Of a stretch of DNA of 64,000 bases, positions 1-14,633 are shown piece after piece. Below the pieces are notes generated by a model, which was given only the letters and a program-made list of their open reading frames with translations, searched no databases and had not been told where the DNA came from. The translations under genes were made by a program, and so were the position numbers. Numbering within the stretch: position 1 is the first letter of the stretch; every line of letters begins with the position of its first letter. Location: the NCBI GenBank assembly GCA_000004695.1, contig CM000151.3, forward strand, positions 2,208,001-2,272,000, in the 5' to 3' direction. Source of the DNA: Dictyostelium discoideum (Eukaryota).

Positions 1-1
1 G

Positions 2-3000
2 ATATTGGAATTTCCCTATACTTATACAACTGGAATTAATAATATTAAAACTGTTGAATGGTATCATTTCAATTCAATTGGGAATATAGTCGAATCAAAA
101 GTATTCTCACTCCCTGTTTCTAGAGGTAAATTTAAAACATTTTAAAAAAAGAAAAAATATATATATATATTAATATTTTTTTTTTTTTTGATTCAATTAA
201 AAATAGCACCAATTGTTTCTTCTTTTATTCATTTTCCAAACACTCTTTATTGGTCAATGCATGATAATATTATTTTTACATTCAATGTAACAAATACTGT
301 AGATGAATATGTATTCGTTGGATTTAATTCATCAAATGTCAATCCAAACTATACTGATGCAATGAACATGTATCCAATTTACGGAAATCCTAAAAATGGT
401 CAATATATGGGTTTTATAAATAATTTCAACGATTATGAAAATATTGAAACTTATTGGAGTGTTAATTGTTATGATTTATCAAATTCTATTAGAATCTATT
501 ATACAAATAATAGAACTCTTTCATCATTAAAAATTCCACCAACTTCAAATATTTCCACTTATTCTTTATCTTCAAGACCATTCCAAACAAAAGAAAAAAC
601 ATATTATATTGGAGAATATTATTTTCCTGTTCAAAGTAGTCCAGTTACAAAGTTTTATGTTGAACCATTTATTTTTATAGAAAAAATTAAATTCCCATTT
701 GGTTGTACAAATGGAAATTCATTCAACTACACATATATTTTTAATAATTTAGTAACACAATATGTACCATTATCAAATTATCAAGTTATTTTTCCATCGA
801 ATGGATATACTTATACCGACTATCCAGTTTATAATTCAAATACATCAAAACCAATTATAGAATCATTTTCATTTACACATATCGAAGGAATGAAAGCAGT
901 ATTTAGAGTAACAATCGTTGATAAATATATTGGATTTTCATATGCAACTACATCTCCTTCAAATGTTAGAATTACAACAAGTGATTTAATATCAGGCAAT
1001 CAATATAATGGTACCTATGAAAAATTAATTGATTTTTCAAATCGTCGTCCAATTGCTTCAATAACAACATTTAATCAATTATTATTATCGTCTATAACTT
1101 TTGTACCATTAGAACATCAATTTCCAACTGAACTTCCACTAATTAAAGACATTACAACTTTTAAATTTGCTTCGTCATTAATAGACCTTTCAACCGATGG
1201 TTTTTTGAATACAATCTATATGAATTATTCAAATTCAAATATAAATTATAGACCAGGTTTTAAATTAATAACAACATCAGAGATTGCAAGAGATTTTGAA
1301 TGGTATCGTAATTATGATTACCTTGAATGGGATGAAACACTTCAACTTTTTAAATTAGACTTTTATATGCCACCAAGATTATTTACAGGTAATTTAGAGT
1401 ATAGATTTGGTTTTGGTTATTATGATTTAGATCCAAATACTTTATCAACCTTATTAGTAAACACTTCAATTAATATGAACAATCCAGTACTTTCAGTAAT
1501 TTCAGATTATGCTGATGAAATGCCACCAATTTTAATTGATTTTACTGTTCCTTCTTTTGTTATTGTAAACCCAACTCAAACATCTGTAATTAGTATTATG
1601 CTTACATTCAGTGATCCGATTAATGGTATTGAATCAATTAATGTAACCATTGTAAGTGAATATGATCTAATTGGTGAAAAATTTACTTTTTACCCTCCAT
1701 TAAGTAATAATAAAAAGGTAATTTTTTCAATTGAAAAGATAATTGAAGAGGGTTTTTGTAAAAATCAAACCTTTAGAATCTCTGAAATTGCAACTCGTGA
1801 TACAAGTGGGCACTATGCAAATAGTACCTTTGAAGCCTCTCACCAAAATATTCTTAATCCATGGATTCAACAATTTTATAATTTCAACTCAATTAATTGT
1901 ATAGTTAAGTGTCAACAAGATGATGATAATATCCCACCAAAACTTTCAGAATTTAAACTATCAAAAACAACAATTGATATTGGATCAATGGATAGAGATT
2001 TAATTGTAACATTTTCAGTTTATGATTTAGACAATAGAATATTTTTAAAAGATTCGCCAACAATTTATTTTACTACAAGCCTTTTTGATCAATTTTCATT
2101 GAAAGCTGAACTTTTTTCATGTGTAAATGATAGAAAAAATTGTACATATATTACACCTGTCAACATTCCATTTATGTTTGGGTATCCTGATCCAATTATT
2201 GTTTCAATCTATGGTATTCAAGATATATTTTTCAATTTTAATGGTTATAGTAGTAAAGAATTATTGAAAATGAATTTTAATCCAGTAATTGAAATTGAAA
2301 CAAGTAGAATTCCAATTATTGAAACCAATGGATCAATAATTACAAATCAAGGTGGTGATAATTTTTTAATTGGTCATTGGTTTGGTGATAATTCATCAAT
2401 TGTTCAATTAGCAATTATTTATTGTAATAATACTGAAATAATTAAAGATTTCATTTATAAAACTGGTAGTTTAATTAAATTCAAAACGATTAAACCAACA
2501 AATTATTCAATTAATTTTCAAGTTTCAGTTGATGGAATTTCCTCTTCAATCTATTCAATTCTACCTATTGGTGCTTCATTTAGTGATAATTGTATTTATG
2601 TAGAACCAACTAATTCACCAACTGATTTACCAACTAATTCACCAACTGATTTACCAACTAATTCACCAACTAATTCACCAAAAACTTGTTTATCGAATTG
2701 TAGTGGTAATAAACAAGGATATTGTAATAATGGAGGTTGTATTTGTTATTCACCATGGATTGGTTCGGATTGTTCCTCAAAAATTATTGATGATATAAAC
2801 CCACCAATCATTAAGAATGATACATCAACAACAATGACAACAAATAATACAAATAATGAAATATATTCAAGTTTAATTTCAATTATATCATTAAGAGAAC
2901 TTAATTTTGTTGGACAGGTTATACAAACTTATAATTTAACAGATTGGACTAAAATCAATAATTCAAACTATACTTCATCAACAAGATTCCAATTTAAAAA

Positions 3001-3697
3001 TGAAATTTTAAATCTAAAAACAATGAACAAAACTGAAATAAATGCTTATATTGAATATTTTGAAAAAGAAAAGAATATTACATTTGGTGATCAAGAATTT
3101 AAAATGATGAAATCATCAATTAAATATACAATTGAAATTGGTTCATATGATTTTTCATCTAAAATTAATAATCTTCAGTTGGTAATGTCTGCATCTTTTA
3201 TCTCATCTTCAGAGGAAGATGTTTGTTCAAATAAAGAATTTGGAAATTCAACAGACGATTATTCCAATTATTTAAAAATTCAAGTTAATGATCATTCTCT
3301 CTATGGTAGATTTATTAAATATGCAATTGTTGATAATAGGACAAGCTCTATAATTAATGAACAATTAGATTCATTAATGAACCCAATTTCAACTTCAAAT
3401 AAACAACAAACTTTTATTGGTATAACTTTACCAAATTATGAAAATTCTGTCGTTATTGATCCAGATTTCCAATTATTACTTGATATTGGAACCACTGCTA
3501 AAAACAATGACAATTCAATTTGTAATCATAATTCAAATAATCATGGGCTCAGTTCTTCACAATTGGCTGGTATAATAATTGGATCAATTTGTTTTTTTGC
3601 AATTATTATTGTTTCAATAATCTATACAATTTTAAAAAAAAGAAAAAATATTCAGTTCTTAATCAAATTAAAGAAAATTGAAAAATATAATAATTAA
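2..3697 (+). CDS. Large secreted/type I membrane glycoprotein with an EGF-like module, 5' partial. The final exon is 207..3697. An upstream exon fragment at 2..125 continues beyond the window start.
   Basis: Frame 2 of bases 2..125 is open. A GTAAAT donor at 126 and an AG at 205-206 join it in frame to the 1169-aa ORF (...VSR|APIVSS...). The protein has a Cys-rich EGF-like block CNNGGCICYSPWIGSDCS, many N-glycosylation sequons and a C-terminal TM helix GIIIGSICFFAIIIVSIIYTIL followed by a KKRK stop-transfer signal. The first codon of the ORF-track entry is TTG, not a real start. Confidence 0.7.
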
Positions 3698-4461
3698 ATC
3701 TTTATTTAATAGTAAATTTAAAAAATAGTTGCAAAAGCAACACCTTGATAGTAAAAAAATTAAATATTTAAATAAATTATTATTTTATAACAATAACTTT
3801 TTTTTTTTTTTTTTTTTTGACCATAATTTTTTTTTTTATATATTAATTTTAAGTTAATGGGGTACCCAATCCCAAATTGTTTCAATTTTCCTACCCTGGT
3901 AACATTCAAGAAGAGGCCTGTAAAAAAAAGGTTTTATTTGAATCTTTCCAAATAAAAAAAAATAATAATAGAATCAAATATCTAATACAACACAAGATTT
4001 ATTATAATTCAATGGTTTGAATTTCTTGATTGAAAATATTTTAGAATAATAAAAAAACAATAAATAAATATTTAAAAATTAAATTTAATTAGGTTTTTGT
4101 TTTTTTTTTTTTTTTTATTTATCTTTAAATTTTCTAAAATTAAATAGTTCTAGAATGAACTTGAATAAATCTATTAATTTTCATCACTAAAATTTACTAC
4201 TATTATTATTATATTAAAAGCTTTTTTTTTTTGGTTTGAAATAATTTACAAAGTTTTTTTTTTTTTTTTTTATTATTCTTTTTTTATAAAAATTATAAAA
4301 TATATATGATCTAAATTGTTAATTTGATTTATACTACTGGGAAACTTGCAGAACTGGCAATACCACAGCTATAAGTTAAAATTTTAAAAATAAATGATTT
4401 GTTAGTAACTCTATTCTGTATATTAATATATGTATATATATATATTTTTAACTTGTAGTAC

Positions 4462-5616
<1,155 letters not shown>

Positions 5617-6250
5617 TTATTTTATATATATTTAAAATTATTTATTTGTAAGAATGTTGAAAAATGAAAAATAAAAAATGAAAAAAAAAAAAAAAATTTT
5701 TGCAGTTTTTATATTTATTTTTTTTTTTATGCAGTAGCGGGGAAAAGATTTTTTTATTTTTTTTGTTTTTTTCGTGCATTTCGAAAAAAAAAAAAAATAA
5801 AATAAAAAGAAAATTATTTTAACTTTTCAATTTTTAAGATTTTCTTTTTACTTTTCCAAATTTTTTTTTTCTATTTTTTTTTTTTTTAGACTATTAATAG
5901 TATCATTCCAAAGAAAATGATCAAAAATGCCTGGTGGGATTTTAATGTTTTGATGGGTTTTCATAAAAAAAAAAAAAATCTTGATCCGTAATTTTTTTTT
6001 TCATTTTCATTGGCACCCAACACATTGCCATTCATATTTTTTTAAAAAAAAAAGTGAAAAAAATAAATATAAAAAAATAAAAAAATTAAAAGAATAAAAA
6101 AATAAAATAATAAAATAATTTTGATAATGTTCATGAACAAATTCAGCGCATGAAAAAAAAAAAAAATATATTTTTCATTTTTTTTTTCATTTTATTTTTC
6201 ATTTTTTTAATATGGGTATAGGTAAATAGAGCACACGAAAATACACAAGT

Positions 6251-6288
<38 letters not shown>

Positions 6289-6392
6289 ATAAAAATAATT
6301 ATCTATACATTTTTTTTTTTTTTTTTTTTTACAAATTTAATTTATAAGAATACAGTTAAAAGAGATTTTATTTATTTATTTAATTTTACATT

Positions 6393-7494
6393 TTATTTTT
6401 TAAAAGATTTAATTTTAATTGGATTTTCATATATTTCATTAAATTCATTTTCAATTTCTTCAATTGAATTATAAATCTTGAAATCTGAACATGTATTAAA
6501 ATTTAAATGTCTTTGTAAAATATTTAAGGTATTTGACTTTTCTAAAGTTCTATTTAAAATTCTTATTACTTTTTCATTCTCTTTATAATAAATAATAATA
6601 TTAATTTCTTTGGATGGAAAATTTAGTGAATGACAATCAAACTTTTTTAGTAACGATGTATCAAGTATATAATTTTTTGGAATTGTTAATAATGATGATA
6701 ATAATGGTTCTGTATTATTTGAAAAATCAAAACCATCAGTCGAACCAATTATAATATAATATAAATCTTTTTCAGTTGTATTATTTATTTTTGAATAACT
6801 ATCTTTATCATTTAGTTCAATATACCACTTTGATGGTGAATTTGTATTTAAATTTGAATTATAATTTAATAATTGTTCATTTAAATTAAAATTTTTAAAG
6901 TTATTATTATTATTAATATTATTATTATTATTTTTTGGTTGAATTGAACAAATTGAATTTAAATTTAAATTATTTATATAATTAATATTTGATTCTTCAA
7001 AATTATAATTTTCTTTTGAATTTAATAATAAATTTAATAATTGGTATTTTTTTAGGATTTCAAAATTATTATTATTATTATTGTTATCTTGAATTTTTAA
7101 ATTTTCCTTTTGTAAATTAATTTGTTGATTTAAAGTATTATTTAAGTCAATATTATATTGTTGATTTTTAAATAATTTTTCAACGATTTCCAATTCCATT
7201 GAATTTAATTGTTCATGATATTGTTTAAATTGGTTATTTAATTTATAAAGATTTTCATTTAAATTCTCTTCAGTTTCGATTAATTTTTTATTTGAATCTT
7301 CAATATAATTTCCAAATGTTTTATCATCAATTATTAATTTCTCTTTTAATTCATTAATAATTGTATCAATATTATTACTTTTTATAATTTCAAATTTATG
7401 ACCAAAATGTTTTTTATTTATAATACTTTTAAGACTTATTGATTCTTTACATGTTTTACAATAATATTTTAAATAATTTAATTTATCAAAAAAT

Positions 7495-7559
<65 letters not shown>

Positions 7560-7610
7560 ATTATTAATATTATTAATATTGGTATTTGTATAATTATTAT
7601 TATTTATCAT
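6393..7610 (-). CDS. Hypothetical Asn-rich coiled-coil protein (405 aa)
   Basis: Single long ORF starting at ATG 7608-7610 (aaaATGata). It has an N-terminal poly-N tract, a CKTCK...HFGHKF Cys/His motif and a central heptad-like K/E/L/N-rich region. I recognise no family, and composition bias could partly explain the ORF. Confidence 0.45.
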
Positions 7611-8834
7611 TTTTTATTTTTTATTCTCTATTTTGAAATGTTTTCTGGAATAAAAAAATAAAAAATAAAAAAAAAAATATATAGATAAAAATTTGGCATG
7701 AACTTAAAAAATAATAAAAAAATTAAGTTCCTTGAAAAAAAAAAAAAAAAAAAAAAAAAAATAAGAATTTGTGTTTAAAAAAACATAGTTTAAGGTTTTT
7801 TAAAAATTTAATTATAAAAAACAATAAAAAAATAAAAATAATAAGAATGTGAAATTTTAAAACATTTTAAACCGAAAAATGATATCATTTTATTTAAATT
7901 TTTTTAAGTAATATTTTATTTTTTTTTTTCTTTTTTAATTTTATTTTTTTTAAGTCTATACTAAATTTTTTAACCTTTTTTTTTATAAATTTTATTATTA
8001 TCAAAGAAGAACAAACCATTCCTTTTTTTTTTTTTATTTTTTTTTTTTTATGTTTTTATTAATTATTAAAATCAACCCACACAATTTTTCAAAAAAAAAA
8101 AAAAAAAAAAAGTTTTTAAAATTTATTAAAATACTGTTCTATTTTTATCTTGATTTAGGGGTATAATATTTGGTCAATAAACGTTTAATTATTTGTTATT
8201 ATTTTTTTTTTTTTTTTTTTTTTTTTATTATTTTTATTATTTTTATTATTTTTATTTTATTATTATTTGATTGGGTCATATTTCAAATAATTTAAACAAT
8301 CGATAATATTTAAAATTTAAATTAAATGATTACCAAATTTAGATTAAAAAAAGATGAAAAAAAAAAAAAAAAAATATCACAATGTTTTTTTTAATAACCC
8401 AAAGTGGCGGTCAATATTTTGTTTTTTTTTCAAAAATAAATTTTCCCTCCATTTTTGAATTAATTAATTTTTTTTTTTTTTTTTTTTTTTTCAAAAATAA
8501 ATTTTTTAATTTTTTAAAATTTTTTTTTTTTTTTTTTTTTTTCAAACTCATTCCAAACACAAACATCTACACACTATTGTTCTTGTTCTATCTCTATCTT
8601 TCTTTTGTATATAATAATTCTTCAAAAAAAAAAATAAAAATAAAAAAAAAAAAATATAATTTATATTTTTATAAAAAAAAAAAAAACAACAAACAAATAA
8701 CAATAAAAAAAAAAAAAAACAAAAAAATAAATACAATCTGTAAAATTAAAAATATTAAAAAAATAAAATAAAAAATTAATCATTTGACTTTTTTTTCAAT
8801 CATCAAGAAAAAAAAACAATATAAAATTTAGAAA

Positions 8835-9729
8835 ATGGAATCAGATGGAGGTTTATCAAGATATCAAAAATTAGAGAAATTAGGTGAAGGTACCTATGGT
8901 AAAGTATATAAAGCAAAAGAAAAAGCAACTGGTAGAATGGTTGCACTTAAAAAGATTAGATTAGAAGATGATGGTGTTCCAAGTACTGCTTTACGTGAAA
9001 TCTCTTTATTAAAAGAAGTACCACATCCAAATGTTGTTAGGTAAATAGTTATTTATTAATTAATAAATTAATAATAATTATATTAATTTTTTTATTTTTT
9101 TTTTTTTTTAATAAATAAAAAATTTTATTAGTTTATTTGATGTACTTCATTGTCAAAATAGACTTTATTTGGTATTTGAATATTTAGATCAAGATTTAAA
9201 GAAATATATGGATTCCGTACCAGCATTATGTCCACAATTGATAAAGAGTTACCTTTATCAATTATTGAAGGGTTTAGCATACAGTCATGGTCATAGAATT
9301 TTACATAGAGATTTGAAACCACAAAATCTTTTAATCGATCGTCAAGGTGCATTGAAATTGGCTGATTTTGGTTTAGCTCGTGCAGTTAGTATTCCAGTAC
9401 GTGTTTACACTCACGAGATTGTAACCCTTTGGTATCGTGCACCAGAGGTCTTATTGGGTTCAAAAAGTTACTCTGTACCAGTCGATATGTGGTCTGTTGG
9501 TTGTATCTTTGGTGAAATGTTAAACAAAAAACCATTGTTTAGTGGTGATTGTGAAATTGATCAAATCTTTAGAATCTTTAGAGTTTTAGGTACTCCAGAT
9601 GATTCAATTTGGCCAGGTGTCACTAAACTTCCAGAATATGTTTCAACTTTCCCAAATTGGCCAGGTCAACCATATAATAAAATTTTCCCAAGATGTGAAC
9701 CACTTGCATTAGATTTAATTGCTGTATGT

Positions 9730-9778
<49 letters not shown>

Positions 9779-9926
9779 AAAACAAAACGAAATCAAATTA
9801 CTAATTTATAATTTTTTTTTTTATTTTTATTAGAAAATGCTTCAATATGAACCATCAAAGAGAATTTCAGCTAAAGAAGCACTTCTTCACCCATATTTTG
9901 GTGATCTTGATACTAGTTTTTTCTAA
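8835..9926 (+). CDS. cdk1: Cyclin-dependent kinase 1 (Cdc2), 296 aa. It has 3 exons: 8835..9040, 9132..9723 and 9834..9926.
   Basis: [11 protein letters not shown] glycine loop, PSTALRE helix, [10 protein letters not shown] and DFGLAR motifs. Donors GTAAAT (9041) and GTATGT (9724) and acceptors ...TTATTAG (9131) and ...TATTAG (9833) all keep the frame. The spliced product VV|[22 protein letters not shown]...DLIA|[30 protein letters not shown] matches my recollection of Dictyostelium Cdc2. Confidence 0.95.
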
Positions 9927-10227
9927 GAAATAGAACTTATCAACATATCATCATTTAAAAAAAAAAAAAAAAACCCAATAATACATATTCAACAATTTTA
10001 AATCTTTATTTGTGTAAAAGCAAATAACTTTTTTTCCAAAAAAAAAAAAAAAATAACCCTTAACTCTTTTTTGCTCAATATTCTTTTTATTTAAATTTTT
10101 AAAGGATTTATTCATTCGTTCATTTTTTTTTCATAATACTTTCAAAATTACTTATTTAAACAATTTTTAATATTTATAAATAAAAATTATTTTTAAAAAA
10201 AACTCTTTAATTTTTATTACTTTTTAT

Positions 10228-11580
10228 TTATAGTTTTTTAACAATTGTATTTAAATTTTGAGCAAATGGTTTAAAAGAAAATTTATCATTTACACGTTGT
10301 TTACCATTGATACCCATTTTTTTGGAATTGATAGGATCATTGATAATTTTATTGAAAGCATTTGCAAAATCTTTAACGGTTGGATTACAAAGGTAACCAG
10401 TTTTACCATCGACAACTGTTTCTAATGGACCACCATTATTAACAGCAATCACAGGTTTACCAGCATACATTCCTTCCAATGGTGTAATACCAAAATGTTC
10501 AAATGATGGTGTATAAATTAAACAACAACAGTTTAATAATAACCATTGTTTTTGTTCTTCATTAATTGTTATCAAGAAAATTACACGATTCTCTAATCCA
10601 TATTCTTTGGCTTTATCTTTTAATTCTTGTAAATGTTCAACATTCTCTTTTAATCCTGTATCATATCCACCTGCAAATACTAAATAAATTTCATCTTTAC
10701 CTTTACCACTACCACCACTTTCACTATTACTAATAAATACACTAAATGCATCCAATGCTAATTTTAAATCTTTTTTTCTTTCATATCTATTAATTGACAA
10801 AAAGAATTTTTTATCACTATTATTAAAAAAAAAAAAAAAAAATATTAATAAATTATTATTATTATTATTGAATATATGTATATATTTAATAAATTAATTA
10901 ATTTACTCTAATTTAATTGGATTAATTAAATTATTTTCAATTGGTTGATTTGAAAAATTATGAGATTGTTTTGTTTTATCAAATTCGTTTGTATTGATGA
11001 TTGGGTATAATACTGATGGTGAATTTTTGAGATGTTTAAAAGATTGTTTATAAATTGATGAAGTGAAGTTACTATTGACCAATACTTGATCGGCACAACC
11101 AGTGGTAAACTCTTCGAAGAGGTCGATTGGTATACGATAGAGTCTTTTGATTAATGATGTTCTCGATGTTAATAGTTTGTCAGGGAAATGACAGTAGAAT
11201 AGTACTTTAGAATTTGTAAATAGTTTAAATAATGGAATTGAGGCTGAGATTTGGTCCAATACAATCACGTCATACTTTTGACCAGAGAAAAAGATGATGT
11301 ATAATGCTGCTAAAAGGTTTCTAATGATTGCGCAAATTACCATAAATCTATTGAAAATATGTCTTGGGAAATAGCCACCTGTGACGTGTACGTCCAATTC
11401 ACCATTAGATGTCTCTTTAAAGCATCTCTTTGGGTCGTGTCTTGATGTGTACATTGTGATTCTATTATTTCCAACACTCTTTAATCCTAATGCTAAATCA
11501 ACGATTAATCTCTCTGCTCCACCAATACCTAAATCTGGATGTAAAATTGCAATATTTAATTCTTTTTCATCTTTTACCAT
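10228..11580 (-). CDS. alg2: Alpha-1,3/1,6-mannosyltransferase ALG2 (glycosyltransferase family 4), about 420 aa. It has 2 exons: complement(10907..11580) and complement(10228..10816).
   Basis: N-terminal IAILHPDLGIGGAERLIVD is the ALG2 signature. Exon 2 has FLSINRYERKK and the GT4 EX7E region EHFGITPLEGMYAGKPVIA. A GTAAAT donor at 10906 and an AG acceptor at 10817-10818 join the exons in frame (...IKL|DDKKFFLSINR...). Confidence 0.85.
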
Positions 11581-12281
11581 TTTTTTTTATTTTTTTTTTT
11601 TTTTTAATATATAAATATAAAAAAAATAAAAAAAAAAGATATTAAAAAATGAAATTAAAAAAAAAAAAAAAAAAAAATTTAAAAATAAAAAAAAAAATAA
11701 AAATTTTAAAAATAAAAAAAAAATAAAAAATAAAAAAGGTGACAGTGTTTTAATAAATGAGTCATCAAATAATTACTATTTTTGTTCCTATCAGTTTATT
11801 TTATTCTTCTGAAAAAAAATAAAATAAAAATAAAAGAAATAAAAAAACTATTTTCAAATTAATCTATTTTTTTTTTTTATTGCGATCGAATTTTCTGTTT
11901 AGCCACTACTACAAAAAAAATAAAAAAAAATAATAATTAAAATTAAATTTAATGATGGAAAATTTCTAAGTGATATAACAAGAAGAAGATTTTGTTTGAT
12001 TATTTTTATTTTTATTTTTATTTTTATTTTTTTTTTTTTTTCTTATATATATTCACAAAAAAATAAAAAATAAAAATTAAATTAAAAATAACCTTTTTTT
12101 TTTTTTTTTATTTTTATTATTTTTTTTTTTATTTTTTTTTTATTTTCTTTTCGTTTTTTTGAAAAAACGATTTTTTTTTTTTTTTTTTTTCAAATAATTT
12201 GATTTAGTTTTTACCACCATATTTCATTAATCCATTTTTATTATCAAGGAAAAAATAAAATAAAAGAATAATTAATAAATA

Positions 12282-12651
12282 ATGAATTTTAATAAAGCAA
12301 GCACAACATTAAAAGATACAAAGAAATTAATTATTGTTTTGGAACATGCAACATTAGATACAGTTAAAGTCAAAGAAAGCTTTCAATTATTAAATTGTGA
12401 TGATCATGCTGACATTTTAAAAAAACATGGTAAAGAAGCATCAGAAGCTAGACCAGATATTTTACATCAATGTTTATTAGCACTTTTTGATAGTCCACTC
12501 AATAAAGCTGGTCTTCTTCAAGTTTTCATAAAAACTACTAAAAATGTTTTAATTGAAGTACATCCACAAACTAGAATTCCAAGAACTTTTAATAGATTTG
12601 CTGGTTTAATGGGTAAATAATAAAATAATAAATTAAGAAATTAAGAAGAAG

Positions 12652-12682
<31 letters not shown>

Positions 12683-13393
12683 TACCATTTATTTTATTTT
12701 ATTTTAGTTCAATTATTAAAGAAATTAAGCATTAGAGCAACAAATGGACCAGATAAATTATTTAAAGTTATTAAGAATCCAATTACAGATCATTTAGCAC
12801 CAGGAACTAAAATATACGCAACTTCATTCTCTGCACCAAAATGTGTAGATTTATTTGAATTTGTTCCAGAAATTTTCGGATATGATCCATTACCAGTGAT
12901 TCCAGTTTCAACTACACCAACAGGTGTAGCATTAGGTTCATCAACCAATAACAACAACAATGTAAATAGTATTCAATCATTAAATTCATTAGGTGGAGCA
13001 CAAGTTAGAAGTGCTGGTGAAAGTTATTATGAGGGTATGGAAGATGAAGAAGCAGCAGAAGAAGAAGAAAAAGCAACAGAAACAAATAATAAAAATAAAA
13101 ATAAAAGAAAACAAGATGAAAAATCTGATAATGATAAAAAGAAACAAAAAACTTCAAATACTACAACTACAACTACTTCGACTGCAACAACAGTACAAAA
13201 GAAACCAGAAAAGAAATCTGATCAATTAAATGGTTTACAACAAGTTTGTATTGTAATTGGTGCCATGTCAACTGGTGCTATGAAAATCGAGTATAAACAC
13301 GAAGAAATCGCTTTCTCAAATTATCCTTTATCCGCTGCTGGTGCTTGTTTTAAAATTACTACAGTTTTTGAAAGACAATGGGGTATCTTGTAA
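12282..13393 (+). CDS. Ribosome-biogenesis methyltransferase EMG1/NEP1 homolog with a long internal low-complexity insertion. It has 2 exons, 12282..12612 and 12708..13393, and encodes about 338 aa.
   Basis: Exon 1 contains [29 protein letters not shown]...RIPRTF. A GTAAAT donor at 12613 and a TTTTAG acceptor ending at 12707 are phase 1. Exon 2 continues [41 protein letters not shown] and ends with the EMG1 C-terminus [25 protein letters not shown]. Between them lies an in-frame insert of about 90 residues rich in N, E and T. Confidence 0.85.
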
Positions 13394-13499
13394 AAGAAAC
13401 AAAAATAAATTAAAAAAAATTAAAAAATAAATAAAAAAAAATAAATAAAAAAAAAATAAATAAAAAAAAAAAAAAAGAACAAAAAATTTATTTGATTCA

Positions 13500-13530
<31 letters not shown>

Positions 13531-13947
13531 AAAATTTTCTAATGTTTGTTTTAGGGATTGGAAAAACAATAGTAAAGAAAATAATAATAGAAATTTAAAG
13601 ATAAAAACTTTTTCTTTTATTTTTTTGACTAATATCCTTGATTGGTTTTCTTAATTTATTATTTTTTTATTTTTTTATTTTTTGTGTAAAAAGTGAAAGT
13701 AAAATTATTTGAATAACATTTTCAGAACCACACAAATTTTTTAATTTTGAACATTGAACAAATTAATTTTAGATTTTATTAAAAAATTTTCTTTGATTTG
13801 AAAATATCTAGCCAACCGATTTGATTACTTTTATTTTTTTTCTTTTATTTTCTCAAATTTTTTTTTTTTCTTTTTTCGAAACAAATCAACTTTATTTCAA
13901 TATTTTTTTATTTTTTTTAAAAAATTAATATTAATAAATAAATTAAA

Positions 13948-14525
13948 ATGACACTTAATTATGGCAGCTCAGCACTTCACAAAGTATTAGGATCAGGTGC
14001 TGGTAAAAAAGAGAAAAAAAGTTCTGGTAGAGCTGCAGATTCAACAGAAACAGTTATAACTATTGTTTATGGTGATGGTAAAGTTTTTGAAGCCCAGGAT
14101 TCAAATGGTTTGGCTGATCCATTTATTAGAATTGGTACAGTTAAATCTGAAGGTAAATATATATATTTATATATATTAAAATTATTAAATTATTATCAAA
14201 AAAATATTAATTTTTTTTTTTTTAAAAAAAAAAAAAGGTGTTTTTAGTAAAAAATGGAAATCAGAATCACCAGTTTGTGAAAAAACACTTACACCAAATT
14301 GGAATTACTGTGAAGATGAATTTATTATTAAAAAAACAACAAAAGAATTAGTAGTTGAACTTTGGGATAAAGATACACTTAAAGATGATTTCGTAGGTAG
14401 AGCAATCGTTGATATTTCAGGTATTGTAACTAGTTTAATGTCATTCAATATTGAATTTAGAGAAAAACCAACTGATGAAAAGCCAAAAGGTACTGTTACA
14501 ATTTATATTAAAAAATTATATTAAA
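13948..14525 (+). CDS. Small C2-domain protein (about 163 aa). It has 2 exons: 13948..14152 and 14239..14525.
   Basis: Exon 1 encodes ...VITIVYGDGKVFEAQDSNGLADPFIRIGTVKSEG. A GTAAAT donor at 14153 and an AG acceptor at 14237-14238 are phase 1. Exon 2 encodes VFSKKWKSESPVCEKTLTPNWNYCEDEFIIKKTTKELVVELWDKDTLKDDFVGRAIVDISG, a C2 beta-sandwich pattern with the aspartates of the Ca-binding loops. The stop is at 14523-14525. Confidence 0.75.
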
Positions 14526-14633
14526 ATATAATCGGAAAAAAAAAAAAAAAAAATTAAATAAATAATAAAAAAAAAAAAATATATATATATGTATAATTTA
14601 GTTTTAAAATTTTATTATTATTTTATTTGTAAT

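Noticed and set aside
8382-8771. ORFs 8382..8771 (plus strand) and 8548..8736 (minus strand), encoding poly-Phe and poly-Lys peptides
   Set aside because: They are translations of long T and A homopolymer runs in the cdk1 promoter region. They have no codon structure and overlap each other on opposite strands.
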